Source: Eledone cirrhosa
Taxonomy: Eukaryota
Assembly: GCA_964016885.1 (NCBI GenBank)
Contig: OZ024742.1
Coordinates: 320,478,001 to 320,542,000 of the forward strand
Direction: 5' to 3'
DNA length: 64,000 nucleotides
Shown: piece by piece, positions 42,529 to 55,574 of the stretch
How the letters are laid out: every line of letters starts with the position of its first letter
Numbering within the stretch: the first letter of the stretch is position 1
Program-made: the position numbers and the translations under genes
Notes under the pieces: generated by a model
The model's input: only the letters and a program-made list of their open reading frames with translations
What the model was told of the DNA's origin: nothing
Database searches by the model: none

Positions 42529-42969
42529 TTAAGCACCTTTGGCAAAAGCATCCAGTAATTAGATGATTTTACTCAATATTTTGCTTGCTTATTTCACTGT
42601 TGGTATTTAGTATGTAAAATAGTGCAGATAATTGTCAGTCATTAGAATGCCAGAAAGAATTCTTTGTGATATTTGTCCAGCTTTCAAAGTACCAGTCCAG
42701 TTCTGGAGTAACCCCCCCCCCCCCCCCTTCTCTGTATAGAAGAAATTTGCAGTCCTGGTGGTGGATAGACTCTGCTAGGTTTAAATGCCCAATTCCTGCC
42801 GTTTGTCATAATGGCATCCCTATAATTCCATTAGAGTTACGGATCTATGGATGTTCATGGACCAAATTTTCTATACTACACCAACTTAATTTCTCATATT
42901 GTTAGAAAAACCAGAACTGTTAATTAAAATAATTTTAAAAAATTCATTTAACCTTATTAATTTTTGCAG

Positions 42970-43021
42970 GCGGCTGATAAAGATTTTGAAGATTATGATA
43001 CCTGGCTGGCTCTCTGTTGAG
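42970..43021 (+). CDS. ABCD3: ABCD3 coding exon 4 (52 nt)
   Basis: ttttgcAG acceptor, GTATAT donor. Encodes (S)RLIKILKIMIPGWLSVE, matching ABCD3 RLIQILKIMVPRTFCKE. Phase consistent. Confidence 0.92.
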
Positions 43022-45019
43022 GTATATCTTATTTTTGCTCTACAGGACATAAGGTGAATCAAATGTAGTATATGTGAGAGAGAATGCACTGGTATGGACA
43101 TGTCCTGTGTATAGATAATGATTGTTGAGTGAAGAAGTGTTAGGAATTCCAAGGTAACTGCAGAAGAGGAAGACTGTGGAAAACCAGGGCACAGGTGGTG
43201 TCAGCTGATCTCAGGGTGCTGAACCTCGTAGAAGAGATGACAAAAGAGGAAATCTGTACTGGAGAAGACTCATTCAATCCATGCAAACATGGAAGACAAA
43301 TGTAAAAAGGATTTTTGATTATGACTGTTATAGTGTTATAACAGCTTCTGCTAAGGTGGATCCATTGCAGTGTCTTTCTACTTGTGGTCTACTAGTCTTG
43401 TAAACCTCTCTGAAGTTATTGCTGTTGTTTAGCAAAGCTACCAGCTGTTTCTGACAAGAGGATCTTTAACTTAACCCTTTTAATAGCAAACTGTTTGAAA
43501 CTGACCCTGTTTCTATGATATAAAACATCTTGTTTTAAAGTGTTTACATTTATTTTAAAATCTTTCATCATAATTTTATTTAAGAACCTTTGATAAGTTA
43601 TATTCCAAACAGGCCAGAAGTTCCCAAACGTTTTTTGTGTCGAAGCCCTTATATGATTTTTCAAAATTGTAGAACCTGTACTCAAATTTTATGGACAATA
43701 TTTATCACTCTAAGACATTAAATGAAACAAACATTGTTTGAGAGAAATAATTTATTTATATATATAAAAATAAATATAATGCATTTCAACTAAATTTTAT
43801 TAAGACACCTTATTTTGTGGAACCCTAGATATTTTTCTTGGAAACACCTCTCTACACAGTATCTCAACCTACTAGTGATAACAACCAAATTCCCTCAAAT
43901 CACACCTATTGTCATCTGAGAATCAAAAGACACATTCGATGATGTAGATCTGAATAACCAAAAATATGAGATAATGTTATGATTGGAATGTTTTTGACTA
44001 AAGGTCTTCTGAATCAGAGGTGACCGGAGGCTAAATAATAAGACCAACCTATCTTTAGTAACCTGGATTAGAACCATACTCTTATAGTATAATAGTATGG
44101 ATTGACCATCTCAAGGCTTGGTTTTCTCTTCTACTGCATTATGTTATATTTAGCTGACACTACAGTAAGCACATTTACTGTGTGTATCCAGTTTAGAACA
44201 GGCACACTATCCTTGCTGGTCATAAAAGATGACTCAATGGCTTGGCACCAAGAAGGGCATCCGACCATAAATCATTGCTTTAAAAAGGTCCCCATATGAG
44301 CATGAAGCTGTTCATTAGCTTGTAAAGCTAACCCATGCTTTAGTAGGGGAAATAGCCTTAGAACACATGTTACCACTACAGTTTGTACTGTCTCATCTTA
44401 TTTTTTTTATTGATGTTGTCTGCATACAACTTCAATGCTCTTTAGAGGAAAATAAACAGATTTCTTTAAAATATCTTGTAATTGAGGAATTACAATTTAG
44501 ATCCCTTCAAAGACACCAAAATACAAACACTTGATATTTCAATAAACCTACTTACAACACTACAATCTTAGTATTTATGACCAATAGATGGCTAAAACCA
44601 TTCTGCACTTCACAAATATTGGTTTTATGTCTCTGATGAGCTCCCATGGTAACTATACATATATAACATCCTAACTGTTGAGTTTCCTTTGAAAGTGCTG
44701 GAGGTATTTATTAATTATTCTCTCATGTCCACTAGTCTCATTATATCTCCTCTCCTATATTCCATCTTTAACACTTTTCTAAGTGATTCCACTGGAATTT
44801 CTTCCTCACCCACATTTTTTTCTTCAGATCTCAACCTCCAGAAAATTTAAACTGAACATCATCTACATCAGTTTCAACAGTTTCAGAGACCTTGCAAAAG
44901 TCATAGGCACTGCATCTCCTTCTCTAATTCATTTAAAAGCAAAGAAGCCTATCATCTTATTGATCCAAGGAAATTGTTTCTAGCGGTCTTTCGACTGTTG
45001 ATATTTGTCACAACTCCTG

Positions 45020-45345
45020 GCAGAAGTGTCATGATAAAATGCACCCAGTGTTGATGCCATATTGAAATACACCAAGTATTATCTGTAAGTGGTTGTGTCA
45101 GTGCCATGATAAAATACACCCAGTACATTCTGTATGTAGTAGTGCTGATACCACAATAAGATGCACCCAGTACACTGTGTAAAGTGTAGTATTGGTGCCA
45201 TCATAAACTGTACTTTATAACATGGTAGTGATGATGCCACAACATCTACTACACTCTGTAAAGTGTAGTATTGGTGCCATCATAAACTGCACTTTATAAC
45301 ATGGTAGTGGTGATGCCACAACACCCACTACACTCTGTAAAGTGC
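45020..45345. repeat. Degenerate minisatellite including a 79-bp direct tandem duplication
   Basis: TACACT.TGTAAAGTG at 45171, 45250 and 45329. Upstream looser repeats of GCCATGATAAAATGCACCCAGTAC. Confidence 0.7.
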
Positions 45346-45497
45346 TTGGTATTAGGAAGGGCATCCAGCCATAGAAAGCCTACTAAAATGGAACGCACGA
45401 GCAAGACCAGTCTTATCCATCTAGTCTTACCATGAAAACTTGCTGATAAAGGGAATGTTTGTAAAACGATGATAATAAGAGTGTTGTTTCTTTATAG

Positions 45498-45586
45498 TCA
45501 TGGTATCTTATGATGGTAGCACTTTCTTTGATTGCTCGGACTTATGCTGATGTATGGATGATTCAAAATGGCACAGCAATTGAAAG
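45498..45586 (+). CDS. ABCD3: ABCD3 coding exon 5 (89 nt)
   Basis: tttatAG acceptor, GTAAG donor. Encodes SWYLMMVALSLIARTYADVWMIQNGTAIE(S), matching ABCD3 TGYLVLIAVMLVSRTYCDVWMIQNGTLIES. Confidence 0.95.
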
Positions 45587-46247
45587 GTAAGACTTCCTTT
45601 TATATATACATTTTTATCTATTTATTTATATAACATAATGAATCCACACCTTCAGTCACTTTCGATGATGAACATTCAGTTCTTAGATCAACTGAACGTC
45701 TAGTTCATTAAAATAATGTGTAAGATAGCTGAGTATTCCACACACACGCGCACACTTGATTGTTAAGGGGATTCCCAAGCTGAATCAGCATGGCACCATA
45801 TGTGACAAGGGTAGACATTTGAATCACAGGTATAATCCATCGCACAGTTTCCATCCAGCCAATTTCACTCAAAAAGGCTTGTCAATCTGAGGAGGTTATG
45901 GTAAAAATGATGTCACACAATGTGATTGTACCTGTGACTTCATGATTGTGAAACAAATTTCTTAGTCATTTAGCCATGCCTGAAATTATAAACAGATATT
46001 CTGAATTACTAGAAAACTGTAAATATGTTATGGTTTTTACTGAGAATAAAAGCTCCTGTCCAGAATGCTATATATTTCTTTCTATTTCTAATACACCAAT
46101 ATACCTTATTTTAGGTTTCTTTTTATTTGTTTGTTTATTATTATTATTATTATTATTTACTAGAAGGGCAATGGATGGTGGAATTAGTAGAGTAGCAGAC
46201 AAAATGTCTTGTGGTATTTAACTACGCCCTTTTACATTTCCCTGTTA

Positions 46248-46814
46248 AACCTTTCGCATTTAAACCGACTGTATCCGGCCAGAATTCTCTCACCTATTTC
46301 TGTTCAAAATGGTTGTAACCGGCTGCTCATACTGATGTTAAGGTATTGTTCTTGAGATAAATAATATCAAAATCTCATAGATTCGATATTATGTGGGATA
46401 ATTGAAGGCACATGGCTTAGTGGTTAGAGCATTGGCCTTGCAATCGAAAGGTTGTGAGTTCAATTCTCAGACTGGGTGATGCATTGTTTCCTTGAGCAAG
46501 ACACTTTATTTCACATTGCTCCAGTTTACTCAGCTGTAGAAATGAGATGATAGGGACTGGGGGCTATATCATTCCACTGCAAAGTGGTCGTGGAGGTGCC
46601 ACGGCAAAAAAGCACCCAGCACTCACTGTAAATGAGGTTGGTGTTAGGAAGGGCATCCAGCTGTAGAAATCAAGCCAGAATCAGTTCCCGTCCCACCCTT
46701 GCAAGCAGGGAAAAAGTGGACGTAAAAGGAAATGAAATGATGATGAATTATGTGAGGTAAAGCCTTCACCATGAAAATATAATAGTTTATATAGAGTAAT
46801 GTAAATGCTAAAGG
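46248..46814. mobile_element. Second copy of the TTAA MITE (opposite orientation), interrupted by a SINE
   Basis: Ends ACCTTTCGCATTTA ... TAAATGCTAAAGGG. The interior is complementary to 42327-42528 apart from the 46406-46746 insert. Confidence 0.7.
46406..46746 (+). mobile_element. tRNA(GCA anticodon)-headed SINE with a CORE-like middle and an RTE-like tail
   Basis: GGCACATGGCTTAGTGGTTAGAGCATTGGCCTTGCAATCGAAAGGTTGTGAGTTCAATTCTC head, then TCCTTGAGCAAGACACTTTA, GGAAGGGCATCCAGCTGTAGAAA and an (ATG)n tail. Confidence 0.75.
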
Positions 46815-48124
46815 GTTATGGTATATTTTGCATTTCATCACCATCAGGTTGTTAAAATATGTACCAGTCAAGTACTTGCTTGATTCAATCAACTATTCCC
46901 CCTCCCTCCCATAAAAAAGGTGTGAACCTGTGCCTATGTTACAAATTATAATTTTACTTCTACTAAATTCATTCTTACCAATACAAAGACTGTGATTAAT
47001 CACATGCTTATATTTTTCATTAAATTTTGGATAATTAAACATGAGAGCAGACATGGCTGTGTGGATGAGAAGTTTACTTTGCAACCATGTGGGTTTGGGT
47101 TCAGTCACACTGCGTGGGATGCCTTGGACAAAGTACTTTCTACTCTAGCTTCAGGATCAACCGATGCCTTAGTGGAATCTGGTAGACAGAAACTGCAGAA
47201 GCCCATTGCGTGTGTGTCCATTCATATCTCTTTTTATGTCACCTAATTTAATGGTTTCACAAAAGAGATCTATAAAATAAGTAACAGTCTTGAAACAATA
47301 TGTACTGGCTTTGATATGATTGTCCAAAACACATTAAACCACTACCCCAGCATGGTCAGTCAAATGACAAGCTAGTAAATGAATAATAGAATGCTATTTT
47401 GCAAAAAAGAAAAAAATGGAAAACTTGAAAATATGTTTCAGATATAAGTCAGCAAAAACTGTTACAAAAAAAAGTTGGCCCATATTAGAAATTAATTTTA
47501 GTTTTACTAAATTCACTCACACCAGCACATAGACTATGACTAATGACTTGAATTCAAGGGATTATTTATATTTTGAATTCAGTTTGTGATTGAGCCATTT
47601 ACTGCTTTCTGTTGGCAAACTGTAAATTCATTTATTGAAACTGATAAATGACAGGGAGGTTTCCTTTATAATATAAAAGAGATAGCGTAAATGCATTGTC
47701 ATGAATGCATTAAACATATATATCAGTTAGGGAGGGCATCCAGCTGTAGAAACCAAACTAGAAACAGTTCTTTATGAACAAGACACGGACACCTGATCTG
47801 ACTTGTTTAACCCATGTTAGCGTGGAAGATGAACATTAAACCTAGGTCACATTCCTCCCTCATTTTGAATTGTCATCTAGTATTTTTTCTCTACCATTGT
47901 AAGTGGAACATTGTATTCTTGAGCAAGAGGATTCATTTCACATTGCTCCCATGCACTCAGTTGATAAAAAATATATGTACCAGCAGTAGCTAGCATCCGG
48001 TTCAAGAGTCTTTTCATGATAGGACTAGTACTCTTATCATTAAAACACCCGAGAAATCTCCTATGAAATGTGAGCTGTAACAACATTGTTTCTTACAAAA
48101 TACTTTTATTTTTACTCTTTTCAG

Positions 48125-48194
48125 TGCCATTATTGGTAGAGATTTGGAACTTTTCAAAACCCACTTGTTTCGATTTATTTATGCAATGCCAGCT
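48125..48194 (+). CDS. ABCD3: ABCD3 coding exon 6 (70 nt)
   Basis: ttttcAG acceptor, GTGAGT donor. Encodes (S)AIIGRDLELFKTHLFRFIYAMPA, matching ABCD3 GIIGRSRKDFKRYLLNFIAAMPL. Confidence 0.93.
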
Positions 48195-48216
48195 GTGAGT
48201 ATCATTTAGTAATAAT

Positions 48217-48400
48217 TGTTTCTACTTTAGACACAAGGCCAGCAATTAACCAGTGTATTACTGGTGCTTTATTTTATCGACCCCGTAAGGATGAAAGGCA
48301 AAGTCAACCTCGGCGAGATTTGAACTCAGATCGTAAAGGGACGTAACTATGCTGGAAAGCATGGCGTCCGACCCTCTACCGATACTGCCAATCCACTGCC
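48217..48400 (-). mobile_element. tRNA-derived SINE, near full length, with target-site duplication
   Basis: Box B GAGTTCAAATC on the minus strand and a GACTTTGCCTTTCATCCTTACGGGGTCGATAAAATAAAG core. TTAGTAATAAT repeated at 48206-48216 and 48401-48411. Confidence 0.8.
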
Positions 48401-48419
48401 TTAGTAATAATAATAATGA

Positions 48420-49915
48420 AATTATTGTGTACAGTGCTCAGGTGCACTACAACTCATCAACGGTGCACATATAGTACATAGAATACTGTACAAATGTCAG
48501 GAAAGTGAACAGTGTATGAGTCATGATATACATGTGTGCATGTGTATGGAGGGGGGATATCAGGTATAGTGTTGGCGAATCTCAAGAAGCATGGAGGTTT
48601 TAAAGGATGCAGTGTCCCGGCAGCCAACAATTGATGCAGGTACTTTGTTCCATGCTTCAGCAACTCTGAGCATGAAAAAATGTTTCCAAAAGTCATGGGA
48701 GCTGTGCTGTTTTCTGACTTTGTAGGCATGCCAACACATGGAATTCAAAAAGGTACTCAGGGTTGTTGTTGGCAAGATGGTTAATAATTTTGTGGGTATT
48801 TACCAAGTCAGTTGCCAGATGTTGGAGCATGTATCCATGACCAGGGAAGCAAGGCATTCAGAGTATGGTAGATATTGATGGAAGGTTGCACGTCTCTGAA
48901 CAGTTTCCAGGAGGTCAATGTTCTGAGAAAGATAGGGGTTCCAGACTGGTGATGCAAATTCTAAGTGTGGCCACACCATAGCTATATACAGCTTTAAATA
49001 GATAGCTGGAGAGCGACTGACAAAGGTCTTGCTGAGTGATGCCAAGACACCCTCGGCCTTCTTGACAATTTTAGAGATGTGCTTTGTCCAACACAAATCA
49101 CTGCTGACAGTAATGCCCAGGTCACGTTCACAAGAAGACTTCTTGATATTAGTGTTGTGGAGAGAGTATGTGGACGCTGGGTTTTTCCTCCCAAAATGCA
49201 TGGTGGTACACTTATCCACAGCCAACTTCAGTTGCCAGTCCGTGATCCATTGCTGCATTGTGTCCAGGTCTGATTGCAGGAAAGATCTATAGTGTTCAGG
49301 ATCTGTCCTTTTTATCTCAAGGTACAGCTTGATGTCATCTGCATATTTCAGTACTGTGGCATTCTTTAAGTTGGCATCTATGTCTCTAACATATGCAACA
49401 AACAAAAGGGAGCCAAGAACAGATGGCTGCAGTACACCAGATGACACCTCATAGGGTGAAGAATGCTCTCATAGAACTGAGACTACCTCTTTTCGACTGA
49501 GAATGAAGGACTTTAACCAGTTAAAAAGATCCTCTCTCACACCCATTGCAGAGAGTTTTGCCGTAAGTCTTTTGTGTGGCACAGAATTGAAAGCTTTAGC
49601 AAAGTCAAGGTAAACAACATCCACTCATGAACTGCCATCAGTGATCCGGGTGATTTCTTCAAGTAACTCGATAAGTTGATCACAGCAGCTGGAGTTAGGG
49701 ATAAATCTGGATTGCAAGGGCCAACTAAGGCTGTGAGAAATACAGAAGTTCTTGAGTGTTTCTCTGACACAGGTTTGGCAATGCAGCTAGTAAGACTGAC
49801 TGGACGATAGTTGACAGGCGATGTGCGGTCACCCTTTTTGAAGAGGAATGACACTGGTAGTTTTCCACTGCTCCAGAGTAGCACCGTTGTTAAGACATTT
49901 GAAAGACGAGTGAAA
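48420..49915 (-). mobile_element. CR1/L2-group LINE 3' fragment (RT domain, frameshifted)
   Basis: FLFKKGDRTSPVNYRPVSLTSCIAK, SGVLQPSVLGSLLF, KYADDIKLY, LQSDLD..QQW..DWQLKLAVDKCTTMH, ERDLGI, PHLEFASPVWNP, KHFFMLRVAEAWNKVP. Confidence 0.9.
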
Positions 49916-49979
49916 GCTGGTGCAGAAAAAAGTACTAGAATTTTTTCTTTGACCAACTTTTTATCTTTTTTTCTTTCAG

Positions 49980-50006
49980 GTTTCTGCTACAAATAATTTA
50001 TTGAAA
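49980..50006 (+). CDS. ABCD3: ABCD3 coding exon 7 (27-nt microexon); gene continues beyond the window
   Basis: Long polypyrimidine tract and ttcAG acceptor, GTAAGT donor. Encodes VSATNNLLK, matching ABCD3 ISLVNNFLK. No downstream exon (expected YGLxELKL...) found before 64000. Confidence 0.85.
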
Positions 50007-50169
50007 GTAAGTTGCACTATTTTTCATTGAGCCAAATTACTATGATTAAAATTTAGTATATTCTTATAATCTTTTACTGGTTACAGTCAATAAACTGTGG
50101 CCATGCTGGGGTACTGCTTTAAAGGGATTTAGTTGATCATTATTACCTCAGTACTTAATTTTGTTGAAT

Positions 50170-50906
<737 letters not shown>

Positions 50907-50965
50907 AAATATTAAACAAATAATGAATAAACAATGAGACAGTTCCTTATATTAAACAAAAAAAG

Positions 50966-51119
50966 TTCATTATTTAACGATCGTTTCTAGGATATATATG
51001 TGTTAGAATTGGCATGCATATTCAACATATCTATGTACAAAATTATACAAAATTATACAAACTATCAAGATTAAATATACATACCAACACATATATACGC
51101 CGTCTTCAGAAATAATGAA
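50966..51119 (-). ncRNA. Type I hammerhead ribozyme in the PLE1 3' pLTR (sense to the ORF)
   Basis: Minus strand: UUCAUUAUUU-CUGAAGA-[~115 nt stem II]-GAAAC-GAUC-GUU-AAAUAAUGAA. Perfect 10-bp stem I and palindromic stem III ACGAUCGU. Confidence 0.8.
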
Positions 51120-51749
51120 GTATATTTATTGATAATAACAACAATTCAAAATTTCAGGTCCGTTTGGGAACAAAATTGACCAATGAAAACACAAAAAGTT
51201 TAAATGCAGTTCGGTGTGTGTATATACATGTAAAACCCTTACACATATTTTACAAAAATGTATGCATAATCTGTATACGCATACTAAAAGGATGGATGCA
51301 AATACAAAATTTCAAGGTTAATGTCTCTGTAAGTTTATAATGCACAGATAAGATGCGTGTAGACACACAAATATGAAATAAGTATATAAATATATTTTTT
51401 CATACTCACACATATCCGTACAATCACACATACACGCGCGTATATGCATAAATATACACATAACCACGAACATACAAACACACACACACCCCCACTCACA
51501 TTTATATATGTGGATATAAAATCATAAGCACATGGATATTAATTCACTCACATAAACACTGGCACACACATTTAGATCAAGATACAGAAATTAGGTGGGA
51601 GGGGGGGGGGGGAAACCGGTCAGTATTCAACGGTGTGGGCAGACTGCTTAATATAGATGTATCTATAAACTAAGAAAATAAAAAATAATAAATAATAAAT
51701 AAACATTAAAGAGGAAAGAATAGAAAAAGAAAAAAGAAAAAAGAAATAT

Positions 51750-51774
51750 ATCAAGAAAATATATATATATATAT

Positions 51775-51845
<71 letters not shown>

Positions 51846-51992
51846 CACACACACACACACATACATATATATACACATATACAAACACATAACATACATA
51901 TACACACATCCACTCTAAGAACATACATACACACACATATATAAACATATACATATACACACATACATACATACACACATATACATATAAAT

Positions 51993-52029
<37 letters not shown>

Positions 52030-52377
52030 CATACATATACATATGTATATATATATACATACACACATACATATACATATAATCACACATACTATATAGA
52101 CACACATATATATATACACACACATACACGCACATATACAACACTTACATACTTATATACATACAGATATACACATACATAGCTATATATACACACAAAT
52201 ATATACAGACATACATACATACATACAGACAAATACTTACGCATCTATATATCGGTATATACATACAAACACCATTACACTATCACACAACTTAGACATA
52301 CAAAGAGAAAGGTATATACATATACACACATACATATACAAATAGAAAAACATATAGATATATATATATATATATAT

Positions 52378-52428
<51 letters not shown>

Positions 52429-52647
52429 CATACATATACACATACGCACACCTACACATACATACACATACATACATGTACACACACATAGAAATATATA
52501 CGCATACACACATACACACATACATATAAAGTCATACACACACATACACCTACACGAACATACACATACACATATATAAAGATATATATACACACACACA
52601 CACACACATACACACACACACATATATATAAAAAATAAATAATAAAG

Positions 52648-52718
<71 letters not shown>

Positions 52719-53063
52719 CATACATACACATACATACACACATACATAGACATACATGTACATACATACACATACATAGATACATACACACACATACATA
52801 CATATATATATATACACACATAGACATATACATACATACACACATAACTTACATACACACATATATATTCATACATAGAGTTAGATATATAATCATACAT
52901 ACATATGCACTTACATATACTCATATATACAAATACATACGCATCCATATATGCGTATATACATAGAAACACCACTACAACTTCACCCAACTCAGACATA
53001 CAAATAAAAATAAAAAGGCATATGCATATACATATATACACGCATTAATAGAGATATATATAT

Positions 53064-53115
<52 letters not shown>

Positions 53116-53199
53116 ATTCACATACATATATATACATACCCACACGCACATACCACCATAAATACACATACAAACACCCACATATACATATATATACAC

Positions 53200-53230
<31 letters not shown>

Positions 53231-53342
53231 TAAAAAACAGACATGCACATATATATTTTTTTACACATATATATACACATATTATATACATATACACACC
53301 CTCACATATACACACATACACATAAGTTATATTATAATAATA

Positions 53343-53425
<83 letters not shown>

Positions 53426-53465
53426 CACACATACGAATATAGACATATATACACACATAGACACC

Positions 53466-53499
<34 letters not shown>

Positions 53500-53700
53500 T
53501 ACATATACACAGACACATATACACACTCACATATATATGTGTGTGCACACACACATATATACACATACACACATATATACACATAAACACATATATGTGT
53601 ATACATGCACACACACACATATATCCACATAGATACGAAGATAGACATATAAATAGAGAGACATACATATATATACAACCACACATACACACACATACAT

Positions 53701-53757
<57 letters not shown>

Positions 53758-54430
53758 TATATGGTGGCTGCCAACTCGTTTTCGAGTACGGCCACTACTT
53801 TATATCCATGTAGGAGAACCCCTACCGATGCGCTGAACGAGTGTGACTTTTTAGTCCAGCCAGCGACTTGAAAACTCTGGTACAAACACTACACCTGTGA
53901 CAATTACTGACACATAGTGCTGGGCCCATGGTACCATGTGACGACAAGCGCAGAGAGATCTCCAGATATAAAGCAATGCCTGTGCCGTGAAGCTTTTATA
54001 GTGAGCAAAGGCACTGCACAAAGCCAGTCCCACTCTCTTAACCAAGATGATATTTACCAAAAAGAAGAACAAGTCAACATCATTGGATACCATCAGGGTT
54101 GCAGGTGTTATATCAGAGTTTTCCTTCTCCTAGAATTCTGCCTTGACAAAGGCTAAGGGGTCATCTCTCCCGGTGATTTTGGATGGCCATTGACTCTTAA
54201 GAGCTCCTTTGCCCTATATACATACATACATACATATACATACACATACACACATACACATACACACACATATACACATTCATATATACACATATATACA
54301 TACATACACACACACATATATACACACACAATCTTACATTCATATTTGCATGCGCATATATGTATTTTTATATTCAGATATAAATACCCAAACATATATA
54401 CACACCTACCTACATATATATTCATACATA
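51750..54430. repeat. Compound (TA)/(CA) low-complexity region inside the PLE1 3' region
   Basis: Mixed TA/CA/TACA repeats with one complex-sequence island at 53762-54213. Confidence 0.85.
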
Positions 54431-55574
54431 CACGCTTACAAACACAGATGATAATAGTATGGGGGAAAGGGGGGGTTGGAGAAGGGGATTATAGTAAATA
54501 TATGTTTCAAGAAACATAGAATATTATCCATATCTTGATCCAATGTATGTATTTACATAGTATCAGTGTTAGGAAATACAATAAACAAGAAATAAGGCAA
54601 AATCTATGCATTTCAAAATAAACAAGTATGCCATTAATTATATGTTAACTAAACTAAAGATAGTTAACATATTGATTTCTAAGGTGTAAATTAGTTAGGT
54701 TTATGATATTTGAAGCAGAATTTTGAAGTTAAATAGTAGTAGAGTATTAATTATAGTATAACTAAATTAAAGTTAATAACGTTATGGTATCAATATTAGG
54801 AAATGAATTTAGTAATAGGGAAAAAACAAATAAAGTATTACATCGGTAGTAGAATATAAATTATAGGTTAACTAAATTAAAAATTATATATTTAATTCTA
54901 TAGTATATGTTAATTAGGTATATAATAAATAAAACAGATATTGTATTTTATCAATAGCAGAATATAATTATATGCAAATAGAAATCAAAATTAATACATA
55001 TACATATACATATAACATACACATACATATATACATATATATACACATATACATATACATATATAACATATACATACACATACACATACACATACACATA
55101 TACATATACATATTTTTTTCAAAAAATTGCATAGAATATATTAACTAGGTATATATCCAAAACACATCCCATTCTATGATTACATGACATTCTGCAATTC
55201 GTCTGTATAAGGATACTAATTTTAAGCAAATTAAATTAAATTTTTAGGTTGATTAAAATTAAAACCAAATTATAAATATATTTCTAAAATGTATATTAAT
55301 TAGGTCTATAATACTAAAAATTATTTCTCTGTCATTGGATACACGATATTATTTTGTTATATTTTATCTGTAAAAAAATTTATAATAAAAGGTTTAAATA
55401 AATTAAAATTAATCTATAAATTAAATTACTAAGTATATATTAGTAATATTTAAAGGTTTTTCACAATTTATGATTACATAATATTTTATATTCTCATCTG
55501 TAATAAAATTTTAATTAAATTAAATTTATAGGTTAACTAATATTTAAATTAAATTAATTTCTAAAATAATGTTA

